Shown here piece after piece: positions 1 to 10,605 of a stretch of 64,000 nt of DNA. A program made the position numbers and the translations under genes. Position 1 is the stretch's first letter, and the number at the start of each line of letters is the position of its first letter. The notes beneath the pieces are model-generated. The model saw nothing but the letters and a program-made list of their open reading frames with translations, was not told where the DNA came from and ran no database searches. This DNA comes from Pseudomonadota bacterium (lineage in GTDB: Bacteria > Campylobacterota > Campylobacteria > Campylobacterales > Sulfurimonadaceae), in contig JAZDQA010000001.1 of assembly GCA_043797085.1 (NCBI GenBank), positions 96,001 to 160,000 on the forward strand, given 5' to 3'.

Positions 1-705
1 ATACTTTGTGCCAATTTTAAAGCCAATAAAACGAGTCAAGAGACTAGAGCATACATGGCGGTTGTTGAATCGTTTGTCTCTGCCAACGAAATCGACGATA
101 CGGTTATTGTTTTCCCTCCTTTTACTGCATTGGAACACATTCCTAGAAATGTTCTGATCGGAGTTCAAAATGCGTATCCGGTTGCTAATGGAGCGTTTAC
201 AGGTGAAATTGCATTGGAGCAACTGGAAGAATTTGACATTAAAACGATTCTTATCGGTCATTCTGAGCGTCGTCATATTTTGGGCGAAACGCAAGAACAA
301 ATTGCGGCAAAATTCCGTTTTTTCGCAAGCCAAGGATTTGTCATCGTCTATTGTGTCGGTGAACCTCTTGGTATTAGACAGCAGGGTGATGAAGCATTGA
401 TGAGCTACATCGAGGCACAATTTGATGGGATTGATCTGAGTTATTCTGATCTTATTTTGGCATACGAGCCGGTATGGGCTATTGGAACCGGATTAACACC
501 TACGAATACACAAATCGAAGCCGTACATGCTGCTTTACGTCTAAAAACAACCGCTCCATTACTGTATGGTGGAAGTGTCAAAGTAGACAATGCAGGTGAA
601 ATTATGGCACTGAGCAATGTGGACGGTGTTTTAGTGGGTTCTGCATCTTTAAGTGCGCATGATTTTTGTGAGATGATCGCGCAAGCGGCAGAGTTGGCAA
701 AATAA
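1..705 (+). CDS. tpiA: Triosephosphate isomerase (5' truncated by window edge)
   Basis: Frame open from base 1 (ILCANFKANK...); motifs GAFTGE, GHSERR, AYEPVWAIGTG, YGGSV, DGVLVGSASL. Confidence 0.97.
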   Translation: MLCANFKANKTSQETRAYMAVVESFVSANEIDDTVIVFPPFTALEHIPRNVLIGVQNAYPVANGAFTGEIALEQLEEFDIKTILIGHSERRHILGETQEQIAAKFRFFASQGFVIVYCVGEPLGIRQQGDEALMSYIEAQFDGIDLSYSDLILAYEPVWAIGTGLTPTNTQIEAVHAALRLKTTAPLLYGGSVKVDNAGEIMALSNVDGVLVGSASLSAHDFCEMIAQAAELAK

Positions 706-730
706 GTATTAAGTGGAAGAACTTAAAATA

Positions 731-808
731 GCACGCAAGCGTGCGTGGGCTTCCTGCCGAAGGAAACTCAGCGTTAGCGTAGCCAAGAGGGATTTTATTC
801 CTCTGGCG
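731..808 (+). repeat. Structured intergenic repeat, family 1 (variant copy)
   Basis: Hairpins GCACGC-AA-GCGTGC and TTCCT..AGGAA, then core GCGTTAGCGTAG, then hairpin GCCAAGAGGGA..TTCCTCTGGC; the core plus 3' hairpin layout matches copies at 17947 and 53238. Confidence 0.55.
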
Positions 809-831
809 TATAAAACGACATAGGAGTTTAA

Positions 832-1677
<846 letters not shown>

Positions 1678-1683
1678 GAAAAG

Positions 1684-2109
1684 TTACTTTCCTATTATTG
1701 GCATCCTTTCTAATTTTTCTACATTTGAAGCCTCTTTGGGCTTCCCTTCATTTAGTTTTGCTTGTTTCTCATGATACGCTTTCCATTTATCCGCATATTT
1801 TTGTAATGTAAACGATGTTTCATCCGCAGGCTCAGTCACAACTTCTTTGGTGGTTGTGACTACTTTTCCATCAGGAGTTGTCGTTGTTTCAGTAGATGGT
1901 GCAGCAGTCATCGGTGTCCACTCTTCTTTTAACCACTTGTCTAATGATCGCTGCATGGCACCTCCCTCGGATGCGGCAGTATCACTGGGTGAAACAGTTT
2001 GCAGATTATTGTTTTGAGAGGGCGCAACACCCGTAGTGTTGGCAGCGCATCCGCTTAAAACAAGAGCCGATAATGCAGTGTAAAGATACGATTTTGCTTT
2101 TATTCGCAT
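1684..2109 (-). CDS. Hypothetical lipoprotein
   Basis: Signal peptide with lipobox LSGC; Thr/Pro-rich linker; AAGGA RBS. Confidence 0.8.
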   Translation of the reverse strand: MRIKAKSYLYTALSALVLSGCAANTTGVAPSQNNNLQTVSPSDTAASEGGAMQRSLDKWLKEEWTPMTAAPSTETTTTPDGKVVTTTKEVVTEPADETSFTLQKYADKWKAYHEKQAKLNEGKPKEASNVEKLERMPIIGK

Positions 2110-2368
2110 GAATTTCCTTTGATGGTAAAGTTATTATTTTGAAGTAAACCAAACTATACCACAAAGTAATGCAGAATGGTTTGATACGGTATAAAAGTAA
2201 ATACGACAAAATTGTTAGGATTACTTTTTAGAGAATTTATATTAGGTAAACGAATAGTAAATATTTTTTTGGAATAACAGCGTAATTTAAGATTTCCAGC
2301 GTTACAATAAACCCGACGAAACAAAACAGGGGTAATCCCCAAAGTCAAGTTTTATTTAAGGAGAATCA

Positions 2369-3580
2369 ATGAAATTAGTAAAAATGAGCCTCGTGGCAGC
2401 AATGGTGATGGGCGCAAGCGCATTCGCGATCGACAATGTAAAAATTAGCGGTGATGCTAAACTTTTCTACGGCACTGATGACCAAGGTACTGCAGGTCTT
2501 TTAGATAAAGCTTCTAGCTATGCAGATACAGCCGTTCGTCTTGGTGCAACAGGTGATCTTGCAAAAGGTATCTCTTTCGGTGTTACGGCTAATGCAGTAA
2601 GTACATTAGGTCTTGAAAATAACCTTGTAGCAAATACATGGACTGGTGCTCATAATGCAGCTGTAGAAGATCACATGTGGGTTAGTGAAGCATGGATGGC
2701 AGCAACTATGGGTAAAACTACCGCTAAAGTCGGTCGTATGGCTCTCGATACTCCATTAGCTTTCTCTGAAACATGGTCAGTTGCAGCAAACACATTTGAT
2801 GCAGCAGTATTGATTAACCAAGATCTTCCTGATACAACTTTGGTTGGTGCATGGGTTGGTAAAAGTAATGGTGTAGATGCTGCTAATGCGTCTGCAAGTG
2901 CAGCAGACAGAGATGGTATTATGCGTGATGGTGCTGCATTTGGTGATTTTGCTTTAGAGGGTGCTTATGCAGCTGCTATCGTAAACAACTCATTTAAACC
3001 TCTTGTTGCACAAGCATGGTATTACAATGTTGTAGACGTTGCAGATGCTTATTGGTTGCAAGCTGATTGGGATTGCCAATTGGTTAAAAATGTAAAAGTT
3101 GGCGTTCAATATGCTAATATGTCTCCAAAAGGAACTGGTATTGTAGTTGCTGGGACTGCTAATGATTCTTCGGCTTATGCAGTTAAAGTTGCTTTCGCAG
3201 GTGTTAAGAACCTAAATGTTTCTGCTGCATATTCAGATGCGGATAAAGATGGTGGTTTAAAAATTCAAAACGTAGCTGCTTCAGGTCAATCTAAATTATA
3301 TACTGAATCATATTGGAGCTATGGCTTCGTAGGTGCTCCTGATGCTACATCTATGAATCTTACAGCTGAATATACTGCTGAAGATATCGCAAAATTCGGT
3401 GCTTACTATACAAGTGTAAATAATGGTGCTGCTGCTTCTGCGGGCGATTTAGATGAACTTGCACTTACTGCAACTAAATCTTTTGGACCATTGGATGCAA
3501 CTTTGGCTTATATCAATACAGAAGCAAATGCTGTTTCTAGTTACAATACTGTACAAGCATACTTAACTCTTAACTTCTAA
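2369..3580 (+). CDS. Major outer-membrane porin (Campylobacterota MOMP/Opr-like)
   Basis: MKLVKMSLVAA signal typical of Campylobacter MOMP; GRMALDTPL motif; C-terminal YLTLNF beta-signal; strongly biased codon usage. Confidence 0.88.
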   Translation: MKLVKMSLVAAMVMGASAFAIDNVKISGDAKLFYGTDDQGTAGLLDKASSYADTAVRLGATGDLAKGISFGVTANAVSTLGLENNLVANTWTGAHNAAVEDHMWVSEAWMAATMGKTTAKVGRMALDTPLAFSETWSVAANTFDAAVLINQDLPDTTLVGAWVGKSNGVDAANASASAADRDGIMRDGAAFGDFALEGAYAAAIVNNSFKPLVAQAWYYNVVDVADAYWLQADWDCQLVKNVKVGVQYANMSPKGTGIVVAGTANDSSAYAVKVAFAGVKNLNVSAAYSDADKDGGLKIQNVAASGQSKLYTESYWSYGFVGAPDATSMNLTAEYTAEDIAKFGAYYTSVNNGAAASAGDLDELALTATKSFGPLDATLAYINTEANAVSSYNTVQAYLTLNF

Positions 3581-3596
3581 GAGTTTTTTTCTTCCG

Positions 3597-3620
3597 TCAT
3601 ACCCGTGTATAGGGTATGGC
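3597..3620 (+). terminator. Stem-loop downstream of porin gene
   Basis: Inverted repeat CATACCC/GGGTATG shortly after the porin stop; no strong U-tract. Confidence 0.45.
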
Positions 3621-3627
3621 ACTCTCC

Positions 3628-3656
3628 TTGACTCCATTTCTTTCATCCGTTATAAT
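3628..3656 (+). promoter_or_regulatory. Sigma70-type promoter, probably giving a leaderless mRNA
   Basis: TTGACT-N17-TATAAT, 6 nt before ATG 3663; no SD sequence. Confidence 0.65.
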
Positions 3657-3662
3657 CAATTT

Positions 3663-4616
3663 ATGAAATATTTATTACGTTCTCTTGCATATACATTTTT
3701 AATGCTTTTTCTTATTTCCCTTATCTCTTTTGGCGTAATGCACGCAGCACCCAACAGCTTTATGGGCGGTGAGCTAAATCCCAATATGACTCCTGAGAAC
3801 ATTGCACTGCTCAAAGCTATTTATGGTCTCGATAAACCATTGTTTCAACAATATGTCGATTGGGTGGTAAATCTAGCACAGCTTAATTTCGGAATATCGT
3901 TTGTTAGTGGTGAGCAAGTGAGTGAGGTGGTGACGCAACGGCTTCCTGTGACACTGTGGTTGAATATGATTGCTTTGGTAGTGACGTTTGGTATGTCGTT
4001 ATGGTTGGGTATACGTGCGGCATTGCGTTATGAACGTCTCAGCGATCATGTTATTAGCCAGTTTTCACTTCTTAGCTTTGCGATGCCTTCGTATTATTTG
4101 GCATTGGTATTGATGATGATGTTTAGCGTGACGTTGGGGTGGTTTCCGATCAGCGGATTGCATTCACTTGAGCAGCCAACAGGGATTGGATATTACATCG
4201 ATATGGCATGGCATTTGGTCATACCCATATCGGTGATGGTTATGACGGGTGTGGGGAGTTTGGTGTTGTATATCCGTTCTCTCACGCTCGAAATTCTCAA
4301 AAGCGATTATGTCTATTTTGCACGTGTGCGCGGGATAAATGAGAAAACGATTATTCGTTATTACATCCTCCCCAACCTTTTGCCTCCGATTGTGACGATG
4401 CTGGGACTTTCTCTTCCGGGACTTATCGGTGGATCGGTGATATTGGAATCGATTTTTGGTATAGAGGGGATGGGGCAGCTTTTTTATGCCAGTGCTATGA
4501 GTCGGGATTATCCGGTGATTATGGGGATTTTGATGATGAGTGCGTTTTTAACATTGATCGGCAATCAGGTTGCGGATGCGGTTTTGTTGAAGTTGAATCC
4601 GTTTGTGAAAAGATAA
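3663..4616 (+). CDS. Peptide/nickel ABC transporter permease (DppB/OppB family)
   Basis: YGLDKPLFQQY, EAA-like loop DYVYFARVRG, ESIFGIEGMG, SRDYPVIMG; hydrophobic helices. Confidence 0.92.
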   Translation: MKYLLRSLAYTFLMLFLISLISFGVMHAAPNSFMGGELNPNMTPENIALLKAIYGLDKPLFQQYVDWVVNLAQLNFGISFVSGEQVSEVVTQRLPVTLWLNMIALVVTFGMSLWLGIRAALRYERLSDHVISQFSLLSFAMPSYYLALVLMMMFSVTLGWFPISGLHSLEQPTGIGYYIDMAWHLVIPISVMVMTGVGSLVLYIRSLTLEILKSDYVYFARVRGINEKTIIRYYILPNLLPPIVTMLGLSLPGLIGGSVILESIFGIEGMGQLFYASAMSRDYPVIMGILMMSAFLTLIGNQVADAVLLKLNPFVKR

Positions 4617-4629
4617 TTCTTAATACTGT

Positions 4630-4740
4630 ATCCCTCGAATTACCCAAAGCCAGCTTTTTTGGCATACCTGCCAAAATAAGTTGAGCGATTATGAGAGGGA
4701 TGATTTTCTTTTGTTTCTTTTCTTATGAAAAAGAAAAGAA
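4630..4740. repeat. Structured intergenic repeat, family 2 (copy 1)
   Basis: Outer stem ATCCCTC/GAGGGAT enclosing an inner hairpin and AGCGATT, followed by GATTTTCTTTTG-TTCTTTTCTT..AAGAAAAGAA; same layout at 26837. Confidence 0.65.
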
Positions 4741-4749
4741 AGTTAACTT

Positions 4750-5871
4750 TTAATTTCCGAACAACGCCTCAAGAGAACCAATACCCTCTTTTTTCTCCTC
4801 GGTAGAACCAGCACTTTCCCCTTGCTCTTTGAGTTCGATGATGTAACCCGTCAGCATGGATGCAAGACGGATGTTGATACCGCTTTTTCCGATAGCTTTG
4901 GATTTTTGGTCACTTGGGAGAGTGACGATTGCTTTTCGCTCACCGTTTTCATCTTCGGTAACACTGACTGCGCTGATGATAGCAGGACTCATGGCGCGAG
5001 AGATGAACAGCTCAGGAGATGCGCTGTACTCGATACAGTCAATGTTTTCACCGCAAAGCTCTTCGCTTACTGCGTTGATACGAACTCCGCGAACACCTAC
5101 GGTTGCACCGATTGGATCGATTTGAGGTCGGTTGGTGTAAAGGGCGATTTTGGCACGCTCACCCGGGATACGGGCACATTTTTCGATGACAACGATACCG
5201 TCTTTGATCTCAGGGACTTCCAGTGCCAGAAGCTCTTCTAAAAATTTAGGTGCAGTACGGGAAAGTTCCATGGAGATACCAACAACTTTATCTACATTGA
5301 CACGACGTACGATGGCGCTGACGACGTCACCGACTTTGAATTTTTCACCTTTGATACGGCTTTTCATCGGCAATACAGCACGTATCTCATCGATTTCGAT
5401 AGTCGTGTTTTGGTCATTATCGACGCGCGTCACACGACCGGAAACGATTTGGTTGATTTTATTTTTGTATTTATCGTACAGTTCATTTTCGACAAGGCGC
5501 TGAATATGAAACTCGATTTCGCGGTGGAGTGTAGCAAATGCACTTCGACCGTAGGTTTCAAGCTCATGCTCCATTTGAAGCTGATCGCCGATTTCGGCTT
5601 CATCATCGATCTCTTTTGCTGCGGTGATGCTCATGTAAGCACCGGCAGAATCGCCCTCAAGCTGAGGGGCATCATCGGCAATAACCGTGATGACTTGACG
5701 AAGTTTTACTTGTTTGGTTCGATCATCAATATCTGCTTCAAACGCGAACGTCGGATTGATAAGACGTTTTGCAGTTTGGATAAAGGAGGTTTTGATGGCC
5801 TCTGTGACATTTTCACGGTTGAGACCTTTTTCACTGGCAATTGAATCAATAATATCTAGCATATTTTCCAT
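4750..5871 (-). CDS. nusA: Transcription termination/antitermination factor NusA
   Basis: S1 and KH domains; ARIPGERAK, DPIGATVGVRGVRI, AIGKSGINIRLA. Confidence 0.97.
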   Translation of the reverse strand: MENMLDIIDSIASEKGLNRENVTEAIKTSFIQTAKRLINPTFAFEADIDDRTKQVKLRQVITVIADDAPQLEGDSAGAYMSITAAKEIDDEAEIGDQLQMEHELETYGRSAFATLHREIEFHIQRLVENELYDKYKNKINQIVSGRVTRVDNDQNTTIEIDEIRAVLPMKSRIKGEKFKVGDVVSAIVRRVNVDKVVGISMELSRTAPKFLEELLALEVPEIKDGIVVIEKCARIPGERAKIALYTNRPQIDPIGATVGVRGVRINAVSEELCGENIDCIEYSASPELFISRAMSPAIISAVSVTEDENGERKAIVTLPSDQKSKAIGKSGINIRLASMLTGYIIELKEQGESAGSTEEKKEGIGSLEALFGN

Positions 5872-6035
5872 AGGATTATCCTCTTATTTGGGTAGATCAT
5901 AAAAAAATAAAGGGTTATAAAGGGAGCTTTTTTATGAAGAATAGACAGTATACAAAAAAAACGCTTAATAGGATATTTATTGAAACACCGATATAATCCA
6001 AAATCATATAAGAACTCTATTCAAGGGATACACCA

Positions 6036-6278
6036 ATGGAACTAAAATTTGCACGCACTGAGCTTGACGCAAAACCAAAAAAAGTTGATTTGAAAAAAAT
6101 CACTGAAATGGTCGAAAAAAACAACTCGCTTATTCTCTATTTTGACCGTGAAAATTCACACAAAGATCTTCTTGCATTGCAAGATCACTTCGAGGGTGAA
6201 GGCAAAAGTTTTTACATGCGCGAAGTGAAGTTCGGACTTTCTGCAAGTGAATACATGTATGAGGTTCACATCTTATAA
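6036..6278 (+). CDS. HP0268-family small nuclease
   Basis: MELKFAR...[10 protein letters not shown]...REVKFGL...YMYEVHIL; located upstream of miaB as in other Campylobacterota. Confidence 0.8.
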   Translation: MELKFARTELDAKPKKVDLKKITEMVEKNNSLILYFDRENSHKDLLALQDHFEGEGKSFYMREVKFGLSASEYMYEVHIL

Positions 6279-7579
6279 TGTCTAAAAAACTTTTTATCGA
6301 GACGCTCGGATGCGCGATGAACGTGCGCGATTCGGAGCACATGATTGCAGAGCTTAATGCACGTGAGGGGTATGAACTTACTACCGATGCACGCGAAGCG
6401 GATTTGATTCTCATTAACACTTGTTCGGTTCGTGAAAAACCGGTACATAAGCTTTTTTCGGAGCTTGGAGTATTTAAAAGGTTGAAAAAAGCGGATGCCA
6501 AAATCGGTGTGTGCGGATGTACGGCGTCTCATTTGGGTAAAGAGATCATCAAAAGAGCACCCTATGTCAATTTCGTTCTCGGTGCTCGAAATGTCTCAAA
6601 AATCGGTGACATCATTCACAAAGACAAAGCGGTTGAAGTTGAGATCGACTATGACGAATCTCAGTTTGCGTTTAAAGATTTCCGTGCCAGTACTTATAAG
6701 GCGTACATTAACATTTCTATCGGATGCGATAAGCAATGTACCTTTTGTATTGTCCCCAAAACGCGCGGTGATGAAATCTCTATTCCTGCGGATTTGATCG
6801 TCGGTGAAGCACGTCGTGCAGTTGAAAATGGGGCGAAAGAGGTCTTTTTACTGGGTCAAAACGTCAACAATTACGGTCGCCGTTTTTCAGCGGATCAGGA
6901 AAAAGTGAACTTTAGCGAGCTTTTGCGTCGTGTCAGTGCGATAGAAGGGTTGGAGCGTATTCGTTTTACTTCTCCTCATCCGCTTCACATGGACGATGAG
7001 TTTATCGAAGAGTTTGCCCGCAATCCTAAAATCTGTAAATCAATGCACATGCCATTGCAAAGCGGTTCAACGGAAATACTCAAAGCAATGAAGCGCGGAT
7101 ACTCTAAAGAGTGGTTTCTAAACCGTGCAGCAAAGCTTCGCGAGATGGTTCCTAATGTCAGTATCAGTACCGATATTATTGTGGCATTTCCCGGTGAAAG
7201 TGATGAAGATTTTGCTCAAACGATGGAGGTCTTGTCTCAGGTTCGTTTCGAACAGGTGTTTAGTTTTAAATACTCTCCGCGTCCTCACACCGAAGCCGAA
7301 GCGTTTACGAATGCTGTAGATTCTGAGGTGGCATCGGCACGGTTGCATACGCTGCAAGCGCATCATGACAGTATTCTCGATGAGATTTCCCTTAGCAATA
7401 AAGGTAATATCGTTGAAGTCTATTTCGAGGAACTTCGCAATGACGGATACATCGCAGGACGCACCGATAACAATGTCGGAGTGAAAGTAAAAGGGAGTGA
7501 AGAGTGGCTGGGTAAAATAGCCCGTGTGAAAATAACGGAGGTTTCCAGAACAGTTCAATACGGGGAAATTATTGTTTAA
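6278..7579 (+). CDS. miaB: tRNA-2-methylthio-i6A37 methylthiotransferase MiaB
   Basis: [19 protein letters not shown], radical-[12 protein letters not shown]-terminal TRAM domain. Confidence 0.96.
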   Translation: MSKKLFIETLGCAMNVRDSEHMIAELNAREGYELTTDAREADLILINTCSVREKPVHKLFSELGVFKRLKKADAKIGVCGCTASHLGKEIIKRAPYVNFVLGARNVSKIGDIIHKDKAVEVEIDYDESQFAFKDFRASTYKAYINISIGCDKQCTFCIVPKTRGDEISIPADLIVGEARRAVENGAKEVFLLGQNVNNYGRRFSADQEKVNFSELLRRVSAIEGLERIRFTSPHPLHMDDEFIEEFARNPKICKSMHMPLQSGSTEILKAMKRGYSKEWFLNRAAKLREMVPNVSISTDIIVAFPGESDEDFAQTMEVLSQVRFEQVFSFKYSPRPHTEAEAFTNAVDSEVASARLHTLQAHHDSILDEISLSNKGNIVEVYFEELRNDGYIAGRTDNNVGVKVKGSEEWLGKIARVKITEVSRTVQYGEIIV

Positions 7580-8195
7580 GAAATTTTTCCGCGCCTTTGC
7601 CCTTGCGGCACTTCCCTTTATCGGGTCATTACTAGTCCGATTCATTTATGTAACCTCCAAAAAACGTTTTTATCTCCCTCCTGCAATTGGGAATGAACCG
7701 GTAATTTTTGCATTCTGGCATTCGGATCTTTTGATGCAAGCGTATGTCTACTATCAGCTTCGCCCTATTCCAAAAATCAAGGTTCTTATCAGTGAGCATT
7801 TTGACGGGAAAATAATAGCGGCTGTCAGTCATTTTTTTAAGCTGGGTACGATTCATGGTTCAACAACCCGTGGAGGGGCAAAAGTCCTTATCCAAGCCTT
7901 AAAAGCCCTCTCGCAAGGGTATGACATCGGAATCACTCCTGATGGTCCCAAGGGTCCACGCTACAGTGTTGGTGATGGAGTTGTCATCATGGCACAAAAA
8001 CGTCATGCCAAGGTGATTGTTTTTCATTGTCGTCCTAGCCGTTACTGGCAGTTTTCAAGCTGGGACCGTTTTGTGGTCCCAAAGCCTTTTGGAACATTAG
8101 AGTTTTATGCCTCTGAACCCATCGATTTAGAGGGGTTGGAGATGGAAGAGGCGAAAACTCTTCTCAAAGAACATTTGATGAAACATGCATTATGA
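7572..8195 (+). CDS. DUF374 / lysophospholipid acyltransferase family protein
   Basis: [38 protein letters not shown]. Confidence 0.85.
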   Translation: MFKKFFRAFALAALPFIGSLLVRFIYVTSKKRFYLPPAIGNEPVIFAFWHSDLLMQAYVYYQLRPIPKIKVLISEHFDGKIIAAVSHFFKLGTIHGSTTRGGAKVLIQALKALSQGYDIGITPDGPKGPRYSVGDGVVIMAQKRHAKVIVFHCRPSRYWQFSSWDRFVVPKPFGTLEFYASEPIDLEGLEMEEAKTLLKEHLMKHAL

Positions 8196-9037
8196 GTATT
8201 GCGTTATTGCATCACGATAAAGAAGCATTTTTAAAATACCTTGATGGGATGAGGGGATATTCTCCCCTGACGATACGCAGTTACGAAAATTCTATCAATC
8301 AGATGTTTGATAAGGCTGATATTAATGAAGAGGACGGAATGCTCAAGATTAATTTGACTCGTCTTCGACTTTATATTTCTCCTTTAAGTGTCAAAACAAT
8401 CTCCGCTAAACTCAGTGCCATACGTAGTTTTGTTAAATATTTAGACGCAATGGGCAAGGCAGTCGAGCTGCGAGGCGATGAGAGCGTGAAAGTACCGAAA
8501 ACTTTGCCAAAACCCATTTCCCATGAACATATTATGAGTGCGCTAGCGCATGCAAATCCTTTTGAGAAGTTGATAATTCTATTATTGTACTCGATGGGAT
8601 TGCGTATTTCTGAGCTCTCTAATCTCAAGATTGCCAATGTTGGAGAGCAATGGTGCCGTGTTTTGGGAAAGGGGAGAAAAGAACGGGATGTCCCTATGTT
8701 GCACGAAGTATACACCTTGTTTAAAGAAGCACAAGCTTCCGCCCCCTGTAAAGAATATGTTTTTGAGGAAAGAGGAGAAAAATTAAGCGAAAATAGTCTA
8801 AGATATACCCTTATCAAGGCATTTGCCGGGGTGGGTCTACGTGCCACTCCCCATCAGCTCAGACACGCCTATGCCACGGAGTTATTAAACAATGGCGCTC
8901 GAATCGCCGATGTTAGTGAATTACTCGGTCATGAAAGTATGGCTACAACACAGATTTATACGAAACTGGGGAGCGCACTAAAAATGGAAAATTATTTACA
9001 TGCGCATCCCTTGTGTATTAAAGCAGAGGATTCTTAA
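8192..9037 (+). CDS. Tyrosine recombinase, XerC/XerD-like
   Basis: RGYSPLTIRSY N-terminus; catalytic GLRISE, GKGRKER, TPHQLRHAYAT, LLGHES..TTQIY. Confidence 0.85.
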   Translation: MSIALLHHDKEAFLKYLDGMRGYSPLTIRSYENSINQMFDKADINEEDGMLKINLTRLRLYISPLSVKTISAKLSAIRSFVKYLDAMGKAVELRGDESVKVPKTLPKPISHEHIMSALAHANPFEKLIILLLYSMGLRISELSNLKIANVGEQWCRVLGKGRKERDVPMLHEVYTLFKEAQASAPCKEYVFEERGEKLSENSLRYTLIKAFAGVGLRATPHQLRHAYATELLNNGARIADVSELLGHESMATTQIYTKLGSALKMENYLHAHPLCIKAEDS

Positions 9038-10078
9038 GTGTTGGAACGATTGTTTCAAAAAATATTTGTTGCTATTGTTTCCGGCAAAGACGGCTATGAT
9101 ATCCAAAGTGTAGTAGTTAAAAAGAAAAAAATACTCCATAAAGAGTCTCGCCATTTTGTAGGGGACGTTCCCTCTGCCGTAATGATCCGTTATATTGATG
9201 ATGTTATTGATCCGTCTCCATTTTTTTATATAAGTACATTAAATCTTCATGCAAACCAAGGGGCGTATGACGGATGTTCCAAGCCGGCTGAATATCTGCA
9301 CAAGCAAGATGCTGTTGGAATTCAAACGCTTTGCCGTGATGAGAAGTGGACGCAATACGCCTCTCAAGACGCTCTTTATCAGTTGCGCTCCCATTATACT
9401 GCTACTGGACTGGATTTTATTTTTTCTCCTTTTTCAATGATTGAATTTTATTTTGCCGATAAGATTAAAAATTCTTTTGCATTGTACGCTTTTGGGATGC
9501 CGGAGCTTTTCAGTGTTGCTATTTTTGATAGCGGTAAGCTTGAATATGCGCACCATTATGCACTTGGAAGTTCTAGTGTCACTATTGATGATGAGGATTC
9601 TGAGCTGGAATTTACCTCTCCTTCATTGGAGCATGAGATGCATGAGGGGACTATTTCGTTGGATGATATAGAGGATCTTGATGATCTTGATTTGTTGGAT
9701 GATTTGGACAGCTTTGGAGATATTGCGGATCTTGATGACCTCGCTGAGGTGAGCGAGTTTAGCGAAGACACTCCGACACCAGAAGAAAAACGACAAGAAC
9801 GAGATAATAATACGAGCGCGGTTAAGGATGAAATCGATGCGTCGAGTGAACAGTATCAGCGCTTTGAATTTATCCAAAAAACATTGGAGCGTTTTTATGC
9901 CAGCTCGCATTGTCATAACCGTTTTGTTGAAACGGTTTGTATTGCCGATTCAAGCAGCAGCAGTGATGAATTAAAGCGTTATTTAGAAGAAGAGCTGTTC
10001 TTGAATGTATTGATTCGTAAAGTGGATGTGTGCGAAGGAATTAATGCCCTTGCGCAAGCGGAAGTGGAAGGAGTATGA
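9038..10078 (+). CDS. Hypothetical protein, possibly PilM/GspL-like, with an acidic low-complexity insert
   Basis: First of three coupled genes; DFIFSPF motif; D/L-rich tract; function inferred from the neighbouring genes. Confidence 0.55.
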   Translation: MLERLFQKIFVAIVSGKDGYDIQSVVVKKKKILHKESRHFVGDVPSAVMIRYIDDVIDPSPFFYISTLNLHANQGAYDGCSKPAEYLHKQDAVGIQTLCRDEKWTQYASQDALYQLRSHYTATGLDFIFSPFSMIEFYFADKIKNSFALYAFGMPELFSVAIFDSGKLEYAHHYALGSSSVTIDDEDSELEFTSPSLEHEMHEGTISLDDIEDLDDLDLLDDLDSFGDIADLDDLAEVSEFSEDTPTPEEKRQERDNNTSAVKDEIDASSEQYQRFEFIQKTLERFYASSHCHNRFVETVCIADSSSSSDELKRYLEEELFLNVLIRKVDVCEGINALAQAEVEGV

Positions 10079-10605
10079 TGAAGTACAGCTTTATTACTCC
10101 GCGCCCCAAGCGAATTATCAGTGGTGAAATGCGATTAGCACTTTTTTTCTTTGGAGTTAATATTGCAATGATGACTCTTGCCTATCTTTTTTTGGCGTAC
10201 AAAACCGCCATATTTAAAGAAAATCATACATCTTTTTCCAGCAATATGAAGAAACTTGAATACTCCACGCATACGTTGGAAGAAAAAATAGCGACCATTG
10301 AAACAGAAATAAAAAAGCATGAGCAAATTTCAACCGATAATACGGTCATGGCAGAGAGTATCCATAATATTTTTGATTTGACACCGGATAATATTACGTT
10401 AATGCGGGCTGAGTTAGAGGAAAAATCACTGATATTGTACGGAATTACTCCCAACAAAGATACCTATAATTTTATGCTCGAAGCACCGTTAAAATCGATT
10501 TTCAATCGAACGTATACGAGCTTTTATCCGATTGAAAATGGATGGTATCGTTTTGTTTCGACAAATTATTTGGATGAAGAGACCCCTGTGGAGGTTAGCG
10601 AATGA
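10075..10605 (+). CDS. PilN-like bitopic membrane protein
   Basis: One N-terminal TM helix, coiled coil, then IFDLTPDNITL...LILYGIT typical of PilN-like domains. Confidence 0.65.
   Translation: MMKYSFITPRPKRIISGEMRLALFFFGVNIAMMTLAYLFLAYKTAIFKENHTSFSSNMKKLEYSTHTLEEKIATIETEIKKHEQISTDNTVMAESIHNIFDLTPDNITLMRAELEEKSLILYGITPNKDTYNFMLEAPLKSIFNRTYTSFYPIENGWYRFVSTNYLDEETPVEVSE

Noticed and set aside
8192..9037. Prophage or island integrase
   Set aside because: Embedded in a tightly coupled chromosomal operon with no att site, tRNA or cargo; Xer-like motifs
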